Positions 9,767 through 18,802 of a DNA stretch of 64,000 nt are shown here, one piece after another. This DNA is from a virus. Lineage: Duplodnaviria; Caudoviricetes. Under the pieces are notes generated by a model, which did no database searches, had not been told where the DNA came from, and saw nothing but the letters and a program-made list of their open reading frames with translations. The number at the start of each line of letters is the position of its first letter. The first letter of the stretch is position 1. The translations under genes were made by a program, and so were the position numbers. The DNA is taken from positions 76,422 to 140,421 of the IMG/VR virus record IMGVR_UViG_3300031994_000025; one strand, 5' to 3'.

Positions 9767-10189
9767 ATGGATCTTACAGGTACAATCATTCAAGTGATGC
9801 CCGCACAGTCTGGCGTCTCGCAGCGCAGCGGCAATCCGTGGATGTCACAGGAGTATGTAATGGAAATCCCCGGCCAGTGGCCGCGCCACATCGTCTTCCG
9901 TATCTTCGGCGAAGACCGCATCAAGCAGTTCAACATTCAGCAGGGCGAACAGAACGTCACCATACAGTTCGACATTGACGCCCACGAGTACAACGGCCGT
10001 TGGTTTAATGAAGTCCGCTGCTACAACGTGCTCCGCTCCGTCGGGCAGCAGCCGTATCAGCAGCAGCCACCCAGCGGCTATGCACCGAATGCCGCACCGT
10101 CCCAGACGGGCGCTGCCCCCTTTCCTCCGCAGGTAAACTCAAACGGTCAGCCAGCAGGACAGCCAGGCACCGACGACCTTCCGTTCTGA
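9767..10189 (+). CDS. DUF3127-family protein, putative ssDNA-binding protein
   Basis: OB-fold-like N-terminus, Q/P-rich linker, acidic C-terminal DDLPF tail. Confidence 0.8.
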   Translation: MDLTGTIIQVMPAQSGVSQRSGNPWMSQEYVMEIPGQWPRHIVFRIFGEDRIKQFNIQQGEQNVTIQFDIDAHEYNGRWFNEVRCYNVLRSVGQQPYQQQPPSGYAPNAAPSQTGAAPFPPQVNSNGQPAGQPGTDDLPF

Positions 10190-10210
10190 CAACCAAACAT
10201 TAAGAGCGAT

Positions 10211-10570
10211 ATGGCAAAGAAAACATCAACACCCGAAGAGCCAAAGCTCTTTGAAAAGTTCTGGAACGAATATGCAATGAAACTTGATCGCATTGCTGCC
10301 GTCAGAGCATGGAACAACCTCGACAAAGACTTGCGCCGAGCAGCTATAGACGGCATCCAGCACTACCGCGAGATTTGTGAGACTCTGGGCATCAGGAGAA
10401 TGTGGCCACAAGGCTATCTGAACCACCGCAGGTGGGAGGATGAGGGAGAGGCTCTGGTTTCAAGTTTCAAGTTTCAAGTTTCAAGTAACGGTGCGCAGCC
10501 AACACCTGAAACCTGCAACCTGAAACCTGAAACTCGCGACAGCGACCTCCCCGACATGGCGATATGGTAA
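10211..10570 (+). CDS. Hypothetical protein (resembles phage replication-initiator C-terminal domain)
   Basis: FEKFWNEY...AVRAWNNL...YLNHRRWEDE. Confidence 0.55.
   Translation: MAKKTSTPEEPKLFEKFWNEYAMKLDRIAAVRAWNNLDKDLRRAAIDGIQHYREICETLGIRRMWPQGYLNHRRWEDEGEALVSSFKFQVSSNGAQPTPETCNLKPETRDSDLPDMAIW
10457..10533. repeat. Inverted heptamer arrays (GTTTCAA)4 / (CCTGAAA)4
   Basis: Read directly; the arms are near reverse complements. Confidence 0.8.
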
Positions 10571-10590
10571 CACTCAACGAAAGTACAATT

Positions 10591-11082
10591 ATGGACACCC
10601 GACAGCAACATAATCCCTCTGCATCCACCGACGACTGGTACACGCCACGGTGGCTTATCGGCACACTCGGTCCCTTCGACCTCGATCCCTGCGCCGCACC
10701 GGAGGACGTGCGCCCGTTCCCCACCGCCACGACCATGCTGACCCGACAGGACGACGGCCTCGCCCACGAGTGGCACGGCACGGTATGGATGAACCCGCCC
10801 TACAGCCGCGCCCTGCTCCGCCAGTTCTGCGAGCGCATGGCACGCCACGGCGACGGCATCGCCCTGCTCGTCAACCGGCAGGACAACCTGCTCTGGCAGG
10901 AGGTCATCTTCCCCACCGCCGCGTCGATGATCTTCATGCGCCACCGCGTCCGCTTCATCCGACCCGACGGCACCACCGGCTCGCCCTTCTTCGGCTCCTG
11001 CCTCGTGGCCTGGGGCGCGACGTGCGACCGCCGCCTGCGCCAGTCGGGCATCGATGGCAAGTATGTGGTGCTGAATGTTTAA
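10591..11082 (+). CDS. Phage DNA N6-adenine methyltransferase
   Basis: DDWYTP, FDLDPCA and VWMNPPYS catalytic motif. Confidence 0.88.
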   Translation: MDTRQQHNPSASTDDWYTPRWLIGTLGPFDLDPCAAPEDVRPFPTATTMLTRQDDGLAHEWHGTVWMNPPYSRALLRQFCERMARHGDGIALLVNRQDNLLWQEVIFPTAASMIFMRHRVRFIRPDGTTGSPFFGSCLVAWGATCDRRLRQSGIDGKYVVLNV

Positions 11083-11101
11083 CAGAAAAAAAGAAAGCAT
11101 T

Positions 11102-11722
11102 ATGAGCAAGACTGATTCACTACACTACAACCTCTGCGTGGAGGGAGCCAAGTGGATGCGCCGCCGTCAGGATGTCAGCCGCTGCCGAAAGGCGATGCGC
11201 CCATGCCATAAGCCCGGACTGTGCAGCGGCTGCCGGCTGACATTCAAGTATGTTGCCGTGGAGCTATGCACCTACGGTACGGAGAACTGCGACGTGTGGG
11301 GCTACGACGGCTACGTGACAGGTGTCATCGAAGTAAAGACGAGCCACGCCGACTTTCTGGCCGACCAGAAGAAGTGGTGGCGCACGCAGGCTGATCCCGA
11401 AATGAGGGCGGGCAACCTGCGCTGGTATCTCTGCCCCACGGGCATCATCAGCCCCGACGAACTGCCCGAAGGCTGGGGGTTGCTCTACTGGGACGGCAAG
11501 CGCATCATCCCGCAGGTGGCTCCCGTGACCCATCTCGCCACGGGCCATGCCGACATGCAGATACTCTACTCAATACTGAGGCGCGAGGGATTCCCGCAGA
11601 AGATATTCAACTATCGCGGCCAGCCCTCCACCATCAAGCCCCGGACCATCAACGGCATACCCGAACGGGAATACCGCAAGATGCAAAGCAAGAAAGAACA
11701 AGACGAACAAACAAAAATTTAG
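11102..11722 (+). CDS. PD-(D/E)xK nuclease-like phage protein
   Basis: DVWG...VIEVKTSHADFLAD...ELPEGWGLL. Confidence 0.6.
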   Translation: MSKTDSLHYNLCVEGAKWMRRRQDVSRCRKAMRPCHKPGLCSGCRLTFKYVAVELCTYGTENCDVWGYDGYVTGVIEVKTSHADFLADQKKWWRTQADPEMRAGNLRWYLCPTGIISPDELPEGWGLLYWDGKRIIPQVAPVTHLATGHADMQILYSILRREGFPQKIFNYRGQPSTIKPRTINGIPEREYRKMQSKKEQDEQTKI

Positions 11723-11783
11723 AAACAATGACACAGAGAATCATCAATTACATGAGAAAACTTAAAATCTGGAGGGCTGACCT

Positions 11784-12161
11784 ATGCTAATCGCCTTGTT
11801 TATCCTCATCGTGGTCACAATGGTTGCTGTAATAGCAAGCATCGTTGACAGCAAGCGTCCATCGGCAACTTCTCCAAAACAAGAAGAGGTCGCAGAGGAT
11901 AAGTCGTGTGACTTCTCAGGAACACTGTCAGACCGCAACGTGGCAGCGCTGAACTATATAAGGATGCGCGAAAGCCTTCGCAAGAACACCAATGACTTCA
12001 AGGACTTACCAGACGGTGCAATGAAACAATTCGACTACGTGGCAAGTCACTTGGCTACAATCGGGAACAAAGCCAAGCCAGAAGAGGTAATCCGAGGTAA
12101 CGAGGACGGCCTGCCCGCCGGCTGGGGATTTGATAAGTCATCGAAGAAACAAGAAAATTAA
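11784..12161 (+). CDS. Membrane-anchored hypothetical protein (moron-like)
   Basis: N-terminal TM helix; flanked by 30-bp direct repeats. Confidence 0.6.
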   Translation: MLIALFILIVVTMVAVIASIVDSKRPSATSPKQEEVAEDKSCDFSGTLSDRNVAALNYIRMRESLRKNTNDFKDLPDGAMKQFDYVASHLATIGNKAKPEEVIRGNEDGLPAGWGFDKSSKKQEN

Positions 12162-12182
12162 ACAACGAAACCAAACGAAACA

Positions 12183-12374
12183 ATGACACAGAAAATCATC
12201 TATTACTTAGTCCTGGCGCTGGTGCTCATAGCCGTGCCGATGGCCCTTGCCTGGCTGCTGCCAGTCCGTCTGACGGTGGGCATCCTCGCCGTTACCCAAC
12301 TGCTCACGCTCATCATCGTGGGCGCAGTAATCCAAGACCTCAAACCCCGCAATCATGGCAAAGAAGAAAACTAA
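12183..12374 (+). CDS. Small 2-TM membrane protein
   Basis: Two hydrophobic segments. Confidence 0.65.
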   Translation: MTQKIIYYLVLALVLIAVPMALAWLLPVRLTVGILAVTQLLTLIIVGAVIQDLKPRNHGKEEN

Positions 12375-12834
12375 CCTCCAACCCTGGCTCGACTATTTCA
12401 AGATGCTGCAGCGGTACGAACAGAAAGGCTTCCTGGAGATAAAGCCGCAGGAGCACGAGGCATACGTGACCCGCGCCGCCCTGCTGACACTTGCCGGCAT
12501 CGACGCTCAGGATGTTCAGTCTGCTGCGGTATCACCGCAGCCCGAAGCCCTCGCCGCCACCCTGTCCCGCCTCCGTGCCTACGCCGCCTACCGCTGGGCC
12601 CCTGCCGTCGGCCAGCAGCACCCCGCCGACATGAACGACCCCGATGCTGAGATACCCGTCATTCCCATCGAGGAGTTGACCGCCTACTTCTCGCAGCCCT
12701 TCGCCACGCACATGGTCAAGGAAGACTACCCCCACGACCTGCTGCTCACGCTGCTGCTCCAGCAGAAGCGCGCTTGGTACGGACGGCGCAAAGAGACCAT
12801 CGAAGTCATCGACTATACACAAAAGAACAAATGA
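12355..12834 (+). CDS. Hypothetical protein
   Basis: ORF in operon. Confidence 0.7.
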   Translation: MAKKKTNLQPWLDYFKMLQRYEQKGFLEIKPQEHEAYVTRAALLTLAGIDAQDVQSAAVSPQPEALAATLSRLRAYAAYRWAPAVGQQHPADMNDPDAEIPVIPIEELTAYFSQPFATHMVKEDYPHDLLLTLLLQQKRAWYGRRKETIEVIDYTQKNK

Positions 12835-13304
12835 CCAAGCCTAAGTTCACATTCGGCGACAAGATACGCCGCAAGGTCGGGGGCGAAGTGAAAACCATCC
12901 GAGACATCGACAGCCAGGCCTACCACTTCACGGACGGCACGTTCGCCCTGCGAGACGACGAGGACTGCTACGTCATGCACGAGCAGCATAGCGGCTACTT
13001 CCTCGTGGACGGCAACCTCGACCGTGCTCCGATGGACCGCTACGTGGAGCACGGCTACGAGACCCGTGCCGACTTCCGCACCGCCCTGCTCCGTCTCATC
13101 GACTGGTGGGGAGGACGGACTGGCCTGTACGTCGGTCACAGCCACGGTTTCCTTCGCCTGAAGTTTAAAGATATCCCCGGCGGCGGCGAGGAAGCATGGA
13201 TCCCCCTGTATCTCGTCACCCCCGTCCCCATGCCCGACTACCTGAAGGAGCGCGAGCGCGACCCCATCGAGGAAGCCCTCGACCGCGCCTTCGGGTTCGA
13301 ATGA
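12831..13304 (+). CDS. Hypothetical protein
   Basis: ATG overlaps the previous stop (ATGA). Confidence 0.7.
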   Translation: MTKPKFTFGDKIRRKVGGEVKTIRDIDSQAYHFTDGTFALRDDEDCYVMHEQHSGYFLVDGNLDRAPMDRYVEHGYETRADFRTALLRLIDWWGGRTGLYVGHSHGFLRLKFKDIPGGGEEAWIPLYLVTPVPMPDYLKERERDPIEEALDRAFGFE

Positions 13305-13372
13305 AGGCACGGCAATACTCGGTATCTATTGAAAATGCAGAATGTCACGGATTGCATTAAGCAATTCCGTAC

Positions 13373-13885
13373 CTACTCCACCAAAAAAATACAAATTAAG
13401 CTCCCGAATAAGCTCAGCATACACATCACCTCAGCCACGAATACCCCCTTATGCTCCACAGTCTTGGCCATGCCCCCTTCCGGCTGTACGTACACGCTGC
13501 CCATGATGAAGAGAAACGCCGCCCATGCGAAGAGCCAGTCGGGGCAGAGCATCGCCACGCATACCTGACTCAGCACACCCGTAGCAATCCCGAGCCACTT
13601 GTGCCACATTCTTGTGTCAACATTTACCAAAGGCGTCAGCGCACTGCCAAACAAGCATGCCTCTGTCAGCCAGCCTACCCATCCGCATCTCTCAGTCAGA
13701 GGTGCAAAGAGTAACGCGCCAACAACGCACAGCCATGCGCTCCATATCCACTGCTTCCTATCGGGAAGCCAGTACACTATATCGCTGATGCTCTCAGGCA
13801 ACTCACGTCTTGTCAGCGTCATCAAGCCGATGAATAATACGGCAACAAGGATGAACAATCCTATCAGAAAGACACCCATATTCAC
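13373..13885 (-). CDS. Multi-pass membrane protein
   Basis: About 5-6 hydrophobic segments; own promoter. Confidence 0.7.
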   Translation of the reverse strand: MNMGVFLIGLFILVAVLFIGLMTLTRRELPESISDIVYWLPDRKQWIWSAWLCVVGALLFAPLTERCGWVGWLTEACLFGSALTPLVNVDTRMWHKWLGIATGVLSQVCVAMLCPDWLFAWAAFLFIMGSVYVQPEGGMAKTVEHKGVFVAEVMCMLSLFGSLICIFLVE

Positions 13886-13927
13886 ATTCGATTTATCAAT
13901 GTTATCCTAAACAATCTTTTTACGCTA

Positions 13928-13935
13928 CAAAGATA
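13928..13935 (-). promoter_or_regulatory. Bacteroidota -7 promoter element (TATCTTTG)
   Basis: Matches TAnnTTTG about 45 bp upstream of the membrane gene. Confidence 0.6.
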
Positions 13936-14088
13936 AGCATTTATTTTGCTTTTACCAAAATTTTGTGCATAAATTTCATAAATATGCAAACAAGTTCTTG
14001 GTTGTCAAAAATTCAAGGCACAAAAATTGCACTATACAGGTATGTGTCAGCTCATTTTCCGATTATATCACCTAAAAAAATCACAACT

Positions 14089-15267
14089 ATGCATAAGAAA
14101 ATAAGATACAGACTTGTGTTCAATTATGGTGGCAGGCTCAACAAGGACGGGCGTGCGCCAGTTGCCGTGGAGGCACGTCAAGGCAATAAAAAGATTCACC
14201 TTTCGTCGGATGTGGTACTTTTCCCGCACCAGTGGGACAAAGGGAAAGTCGTCGCGCACGACAATGCCGACAAGCTGACGGTCTGGCTTGTCAGATGGAT
14301 GCACCAGATTGAGGACATCGAACTCGACTCACTTCTCAGTGGACGGCCCATGACACTGACCAATCTGAAAAATGCCGTAAGGTTAGGTACCCATTCATCC
14401 GCCACCATCGGGGAGTTTGTCAGCGCCGTCATTGACAACAGCATACGCTCCAATCATACCAAGGCGGCTTATCACACCCTTGCGCGTGAAGTCGATAAGC
14501 ATGACAAGGCAGTCAAAATGAATGACATCAATCATGACTGGATAGAACGGTGGCGAGCCTCGATGCACTCCCAGGGTCTCAGCGACAACACCATTAAGGG
14601 ACGGCTGAAGCAGCTGCACTGCCTAACGCAGGAGGCCATCAAGCGAGACATTCTGACAAGCGACCCGTTCAAGTGGATCACAATCGGAAACATGACGCCC
14701 AGACACGAATATCTCACACAGACTGAAATCAGGAAGTTCGAGACGGCTCGGTTAACGGGAAAGGAAGCAAAGGTGCGTGACCTGTTCATGTTGTCTGTAT
14801 ATACAGGCCTACGATGGGGCGACCTTATCACGCTGGACGAAGCCGACATTAGCGGCGGCATCTTGAAGAAACAGATGTGCAAGACTAAGCGTGACGTTAT
14901 GATTCCTATCAAAACACTTTTCTGGGGAAAAGGTCAAAGAATAATTGACCGCTATCAACCTGTATCAAAACTATGCAAATGCGTGAAGTGCAACTCTTCA
15001 GCCAACCGTATTATTCAGGACATCGCCCGACGTATAGGCATCAAGAAAAGCGTGCATTTCCATCTGGCGAGAAAAACTTGCTCGACAATGCTCAGTTCCC
15101 TCGGTCTCCCGACAGGAGATATTGCCACCATCCTTGGGCACGCAAAGACAGAAACAACCCAGAAGTATTACATCTTTGGCAAGGAAGAGTCAATGATTAA
15201 GTCTTCAGCGAAATTGTTCCGTCAACCAAACAAGAATCCAGAACATATTAGTGAAGATGATCATTGA
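14089..15267 (+). CDS. Tyrosine recombinase, probable shufflon invertase
   Basis: Arm-binding-like N-terminus; catalytic R (GLRWGD), K (KTK), HxxR (HLAR), H (LGH) and Y (TTQKY). Confidence 0.9.
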   Translation: MHKKIRYRLVFNYGGRLNKDGRAPVAVEARQGNKKIHLSSDVVLFPHQWDKGKVVAHDNADKLTVWLVRWMHQIEDIELDSLLSGRPMTLTNLKNAVRLGTHSSATIGEFVSAVIDNSIRSNHTKAAYHTLAREVDKHDKAVKMNDINHDWIERWRASMHSQGLSDNTIKGRLKQLHCLTQEAIKRDILTSDPFKWITIGNMTPRHEYLTQTEIRKFETARLTGKEAKVRDLFMLSVYTGLRWGDLITLDEADISGGILKKQMCKTKRDVMIPIKTLFWGKGQRIIDRYQPVSKLCKCVKCNSSANRIIQDIARRIGIKKSVHFHLARKTCSTMLSSLGLPTGDIATILGHAKTETTQKYYIFGKEESMIKSSAKLFRQPNKNPEHISEDDH

Positions 15268-15279
15268 TTCTGGGCGCAG
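15268..15279 (+). repeat. Putative recombination site TTCTGGGCGCAG (cassette A)
   Basis: Immediately after the recombinase stop; inverted relative to 16277-16288. Confidence 0.7.
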
Positions 15280-15503
15280 ATGCAAATCTCAAATGCAAAT
15301 ATGTAGATAGTTTGAACGTGACAGAATCGGGCGCATACGCTATTGCCTGGAACCAAACAGAAGGTCTTTTTAGCGCTTCTGCATATTTCCTTGTATTTCA
15401 ATATAACGGTTATGGAGCGCAACTTGCCATAGGGGCTAATGGCGAATTTTTTATTCGAAGAACAGACGGTGACTGGTATAAAGTACAAACATCTAAAGTA
15501 TAA
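15270..15503 (+). CDS. Silent alternative fibre-tip cassette A
   Basis: Reads LGADANLK...DWYKVQTSKV from the site; no ATG start. Confidence 0.65.
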   Translation: MGADANLKCKYVDSLNVTESGAYAIAWNQTEGLFSASAYFLVFQYNGYGAQLAIGANGEFFIRRTDGDWYKVQTSKV

Positions 15504-15511
15504 ATACAATA

Positions 15512-15543
15512 TCGTGGGTGCAGGTATAAGTCTGCACCCACGA
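15512..15543 (+). terminator. Hairpin after cassette A
   Basis: TCGTGGGTGCAG-8nt-CTGCACCCACGA, perfect 12-bp stem. Confidence 0.7.
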
Positions 15544-15609
15544 GTTCCATGCTGATGAGAATCCTGTTTTGTTGTGATTTGCTAATAAACAAGCATCTTT
15601 GCGATAGAA

Positions 15610-15882
15610 CTGGGCGCAGGTAAAAGCATTCCATTAAAATTAGTACCCTCTGGGACAAACTTCGATAACGTGATTGAAGGCGCATATCAAGTAGGTGCTT
15701 CCGATAATGTCAGCGGCCTTCCTATCAGTAATGCAGCATGTCTCGTATTCTGCCCTGTTTACGGGAATGGCTTTTGGAGGTTTCAGGTGTGTATATGCAT
15801 GGCAAATAATCAAATCTATTTTCGCGGAGGCTATTCATCGTCATATAATGCATGGCAAAAACTGACAAGTACAGCAGTGTAA
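15610..15882 (+). CDS. Silent alternative fibre-tip cassette B (begins with site CTGGGCGCAG)
   Basis: Open frame from 15610: LGAGKSIPLK...AWQKLTSTAV. Confidence 0.65.
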   Translation: MGAGKSIPLKLVPSGTNFDNVIEGAYQVGASDNVSGLPISNAACLVFCPVYGNGFWRFQVCICMANNQIYFRGGYSSSYNAWQKLTSTAV

Positions 15883-15910
15883 AGAGGTGAGATTTTGTTC
15901 TCACCCCTTT
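15881..15910. terminator. Hairpin between convergent cassettes B and C
   Basis: AAAGAGGTGAGA-6nt-TCTCACCCCTTT. Confidence 0.6.
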
Positions 15911-15986
15911 ATAATGCTATCCATAAAGACCAACTTGTATTCTTTTTTATGCAATTATTGTTCCTTCTTCAACCCGCTTAGGAATA

Positions 15987-16415
15987 CTAAACAGTAGATG
16001 AACTTAATTCTTGCCATCCGTCATTTCGCCATGAGCCGGAAGAGTAATATGCATAACAAAAAAAGATCTTGCTACCGCAAAAAATTAATATATGTTTATA
16101 GTTATCTGAGCCGTACAACTTCATCACGATGATTCGGCAAGCGTGTGTTGTGGGCATTGTAGAGGGCTTGTTGGCAAGTGAGGCAGTAACCGTACCAGAT
16201 GTTGACTGATAACATCCATGAGAGAGTGATAATACATTAGCCCCAGAAGATAATATCGCACCTTCTGGAATGCTCCCTACGCCCAGAACTGATTGAAGAT
16301 TGGCAATGGAGATGATACCGTTGGTGTTGCCATTCTTGGCATACACGTTTGTTGCTGTTGTCAAAGTGTTTCCGAATACTATTGACAGTGCTGCTGTTAA
16401 AGTTGATACATTCAT
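15987..16415 (-). CDS. Short fibre/receptor-binding protein: constant N-terminus plus currently in-frame tip cassette C
   Basis: Last gene of the tail operon; LQSVLG|VG junction carries TTCTGGGCGTAG (16277-16288); ends GWQELSSSTV. Confidence 0.7.
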   Translation of the reverse strand: MNVSTLTAALSIVFGNTLTTATNVYAKNGNTNGIISIANLQSVLGVGSIPEGAILSSGANVLSLSHGCYQSTSGTVTASLANKPSTMPTTHACRIIVMKLYGSDNYKHILIFCGSKIFFCYAYYSSGSWRNDGWQELSSSTV

Positions 16416-16450
16416 AATCGTAAAAAAATTAAATGTTAGAAAATCCTAAG

Positions 16451-16729
16451 TTAGAAAATAGCGGTGGCGAGGATGGTTCCTATGACCACGCCGAGAAGCC
16501 CCCAGTCCCTGCTGAAGGGAAGCGGCATTGAGCAGATGCCAAAGAGTGCGTTGACCGTCAGGAGTGACAGTGCGCCTACACTCTGCGCCATGAAGATGGT
16601 TGATACCCTCGATGCCCCGCATGCCGCGCATAGCGCAGCCGCGAGCATCGTCATGATGAACGTGATGGCAAAGAGCGTTATCGCTCCTCTGTTCGCCAGT
16701 AACAGTTGCTTGATTGATTCTTTTGTCAT
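16451..16729 (-). CDS. Small multi-TM membrane protein (possible holin)
   Basis: Three hydrophobic segments; position at the end of the tail operon. Confidence 0.5.
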   Translation of the reverse strand: MTKESIKQLLLANRGAITLFAITFIMTMLAAALCAACGASRVSTIFMAQSVGALSLLTVNALFGICSMPLPFSRDWGLLGVVIGTILATAIF

Positions 16730-16741
16730 ATCTCTTGTTTT

Positions 16742-18160
16742 TTAACTGACATATACTTCCCAGTCTGAGTTGAGCGTCTGGTTTTGCACCACGTAGCATG
16801 TAGTGCCGCTGACCACCTGCGTGACCGCCGATGTGCCCTGGAAGATAAATGGGAACGGCGGTGCCGACGTGTCGGTCTTGCACCGGTATATCTTGCCGTC
16901 TATCTGCATTAACATGCCCGCCGTGAACGTGCTGGCCGACGTGAGGTCGTCCATGTCCACGATGTTCGGTTGCGTTGCGCTGACGGTAATCGTATAGGAT
17001 GCCGACGCGCCCGTGTAGTTTGTATTTGCCGCCATTGTCGCCGTGATGGTCGCCGTGCCCGTTCCCTTGATTGTTACTACACCAGTCGAGCTGTTGACGG
17101 TGGCCACGCTGGTGTTGCTCGACGAGTAGGTGATGGAGCCTGACCCCGCGTAGACGGGCTTGTTGGCTTGGATGGTGGTGAAGCGCACGTCCATCGGCAT
17201 GGCGAAATAGCCGCAGTCGGGTATATGGTCTACTGAGCCGTCCTTGCGGTAGACTATCTGCAGGGTGTGCGTACCCGTGGGGATGGTGATGTCCACGTCC
17301 GTCCACTCCGCCGTGATATCTTTGCTCGTATGGATGACGCTCGACGGCACAGTGCTCGACGTGATGTCGGCGGCATCCCAGTTGGCGATATAGGGGAAAT
17401 CGAAACTCGATTCCATCGCCTTACCAACCTTGACGGTCATGGGGATGGCCTTGCCGGTGGTATTGGCGAACGTCAGCTTCATTACGGAGACTGAGCTTTC
17501 CACATGGTAGTTGCTGAACGACTTGAATACCTGATAGCCGCTGACGGTCTTCTCTGTGGTCTTCTCCCATCCGCTGTTTGGAGCAGTGATGACGAGGGCT
17601 TCCGTCGTGCCTGCGTCGTAGGCCGCGAGGATTGCGGATATCTGGAAGCTGATGCTGCCCGAAGCCCTGTTGATGACGAGCGTGCCGGTGTAGTAGGTGA
17701 CGGAGTAGTTGCCCGATCCCTTGCTGGTGGAGAAGCCTGTCGGAGTGATGGTGCCCGACTGGGTGGCGTTGGTCGTGGACTGCGAGAGTTTCACGCCTGT
17801 CAGGCTGTCGCCGCTGACAAGTCCGCTGACGGTCACCTGTGACGTGCTCTGGCTGATGGACTGTCCGTAGGTGATGGTCTGGTTCTTCGCCGTGATGGTA
17901 AGACCCTTCCTGCTAATGGTAAATGTACCACTTGCCGTACCTGTATAATCTCCCTTACCTGTAATAGTAATGGTGGCTGTACCCGCATTGGTGTTGTTGC
18001 TGTACGCCACGTCGTAGTCGTCGGTGGTCAGCGTTACGCCGTTCAGCGTGACGGTCGGTGTCGGCGTGTGCGCGCTTCCGTTGTAGGTCTGGCTGCTCGC
18101 CGTCACAACAGCAGTGCTGATGTCCGTCCGAAGGGATTGTAGTAGCGTTCTTCTTCTCAT
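16742..18160 (-). CDS. Ig-like (MBG/Big_2-type) repeat virion-associated protein
   Basis: Thr/Ser-rich beta repeats (YSNNTNAGTATITITGKGDYTG; YSSSNTSVATVNSSTGVVT). Confidence 0.75.
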   Translation of the reverse strand: MRRRTLLQSLRTDISTAVVTASSQTYNGSAHTPTPTVTLNGVTLTTDDYDVAYSNNTNAGTATITITGKGDYTGTASGTFTISRKGLTITAKNQTITYGQSISQSTSQVTVSGLVSGDSLTGVKLSQSTTNATQSGTITPTGFSTSKGSGNYSVTYYTGTLVINRASGSISFQISAILAAYDAGTTEALVITAPNSGWEKTTEKTVSGYQVFKSFSNYHVESSVSVMKLTFANTTGKAIPMTVKVGKAMESSFDFPYIANWDAADITSSTVPSSVIHTSKDITAEWTDVDITIPTGTHTLQIVYRKDGSVDHIPDCGYFAMPMDVRFTTIQANKPVYAGSGSITYSSSNTSVATVNSSTGVVTIKGTGTATITATMAANTNYTGASASYTITVSATQPNIVDMDDLTSASTFTAGMLMQIDGKIYRCKTDTSAPPFPFIFQGTSAVTQVVSGTTCYVVQNQTLNSDWEVYVS

Positions 18161-18164
18161 ATCG

Positions 18165-18788
18165 CTATTCCTCCGTTATGACGTTTTCAGAAGATTCCTC
18201 CGATGCAGGTGTTTCCACGTTCGGATCTTTCTCCACGTCGGGTGCGTCTTCCGCCCCCTCCTCCACGGTCGGAGTGAATTCCAGCTTCTCCGGGTAGTCG
18301 GCCGTCACGTCGATGACGGACACCTCTTCCATCGTCGCAGCCGCCATGATGTCGCGCTTGTGACGCTCCGTGACGTTCAGGCACTCGGAGGCATACACCT
18401 CCACTGCCGACAGCAGGGTTTCCCATGTGTCGAGGGGGAAGGTGAACTCCATACCCCCGTAGACCTTCGTCATGTCCGTTCTTCCGAGACGGCGGTAGGC
18501 CGATATGCTGGCGAGGATGCGGGAACGCTCCTCAAAGTAGAGCCACATCGGCTGTCCGTAAAGATAGAATACGTTCACCTCCGGGGAGTCATTGTATGTC
18601 TCCGCCTCCGCCAGCCTTGCGGCCTTGGCCTCCGCCAGCAGCTCTTCCGCCGTCTTCTCAGGCTCCGTCACCTCCGTATAGCCGCTGGCCAGCAGCAGTT
18701 CTTCAGTAGGGTTCAGTATGGTCTTTCCGTCGGCCACTATAAAGCTGCCGTTCCAAGGCTGGCCGTTGCTGTCAATATACTTCTTCAT
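18165..18788 (-). CDS. DUF4376-like tail fibre assembly protein
   Basis: LAEAKAARLAE...EVYASECLNVTERHK...DYPEKLEF. Confidence 0.65.
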   Translation of the reverse strand: MKKYIDSNGQPWNGSFIVADGKTILNPTEELLLASGYTEVTEPEKTAEELLAEAKAARLAEAETYNDSPEVNVFYLYGQPMWLYFEERSRILASISAYRRLGRTDMTKVYGGMEFTFPLDTWETLLSAVEVYASECLNVTERHKRDIMAAATMEEVSVIDVTADYPEKLEFTPTVEEGAEDAPDVEKDPNVETPASEESSENVITEE

Positions 18789-18802
18789 AGTCTCTTCTCA
18801 TT

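Noticed and set aside
14089-15267. Prophage integrase marking an att boundary
   Set aside because: Phage genes continue on both sides, and the adjacent inverted sites and cassettes fit an invertase better; an integrase role is not formally excluded
15264-18160. Diversity-generating retroelement acting on fibre genes
   Set aside because: No reverse transcriptase and no template/variable repeat pair differing at adenines was seen
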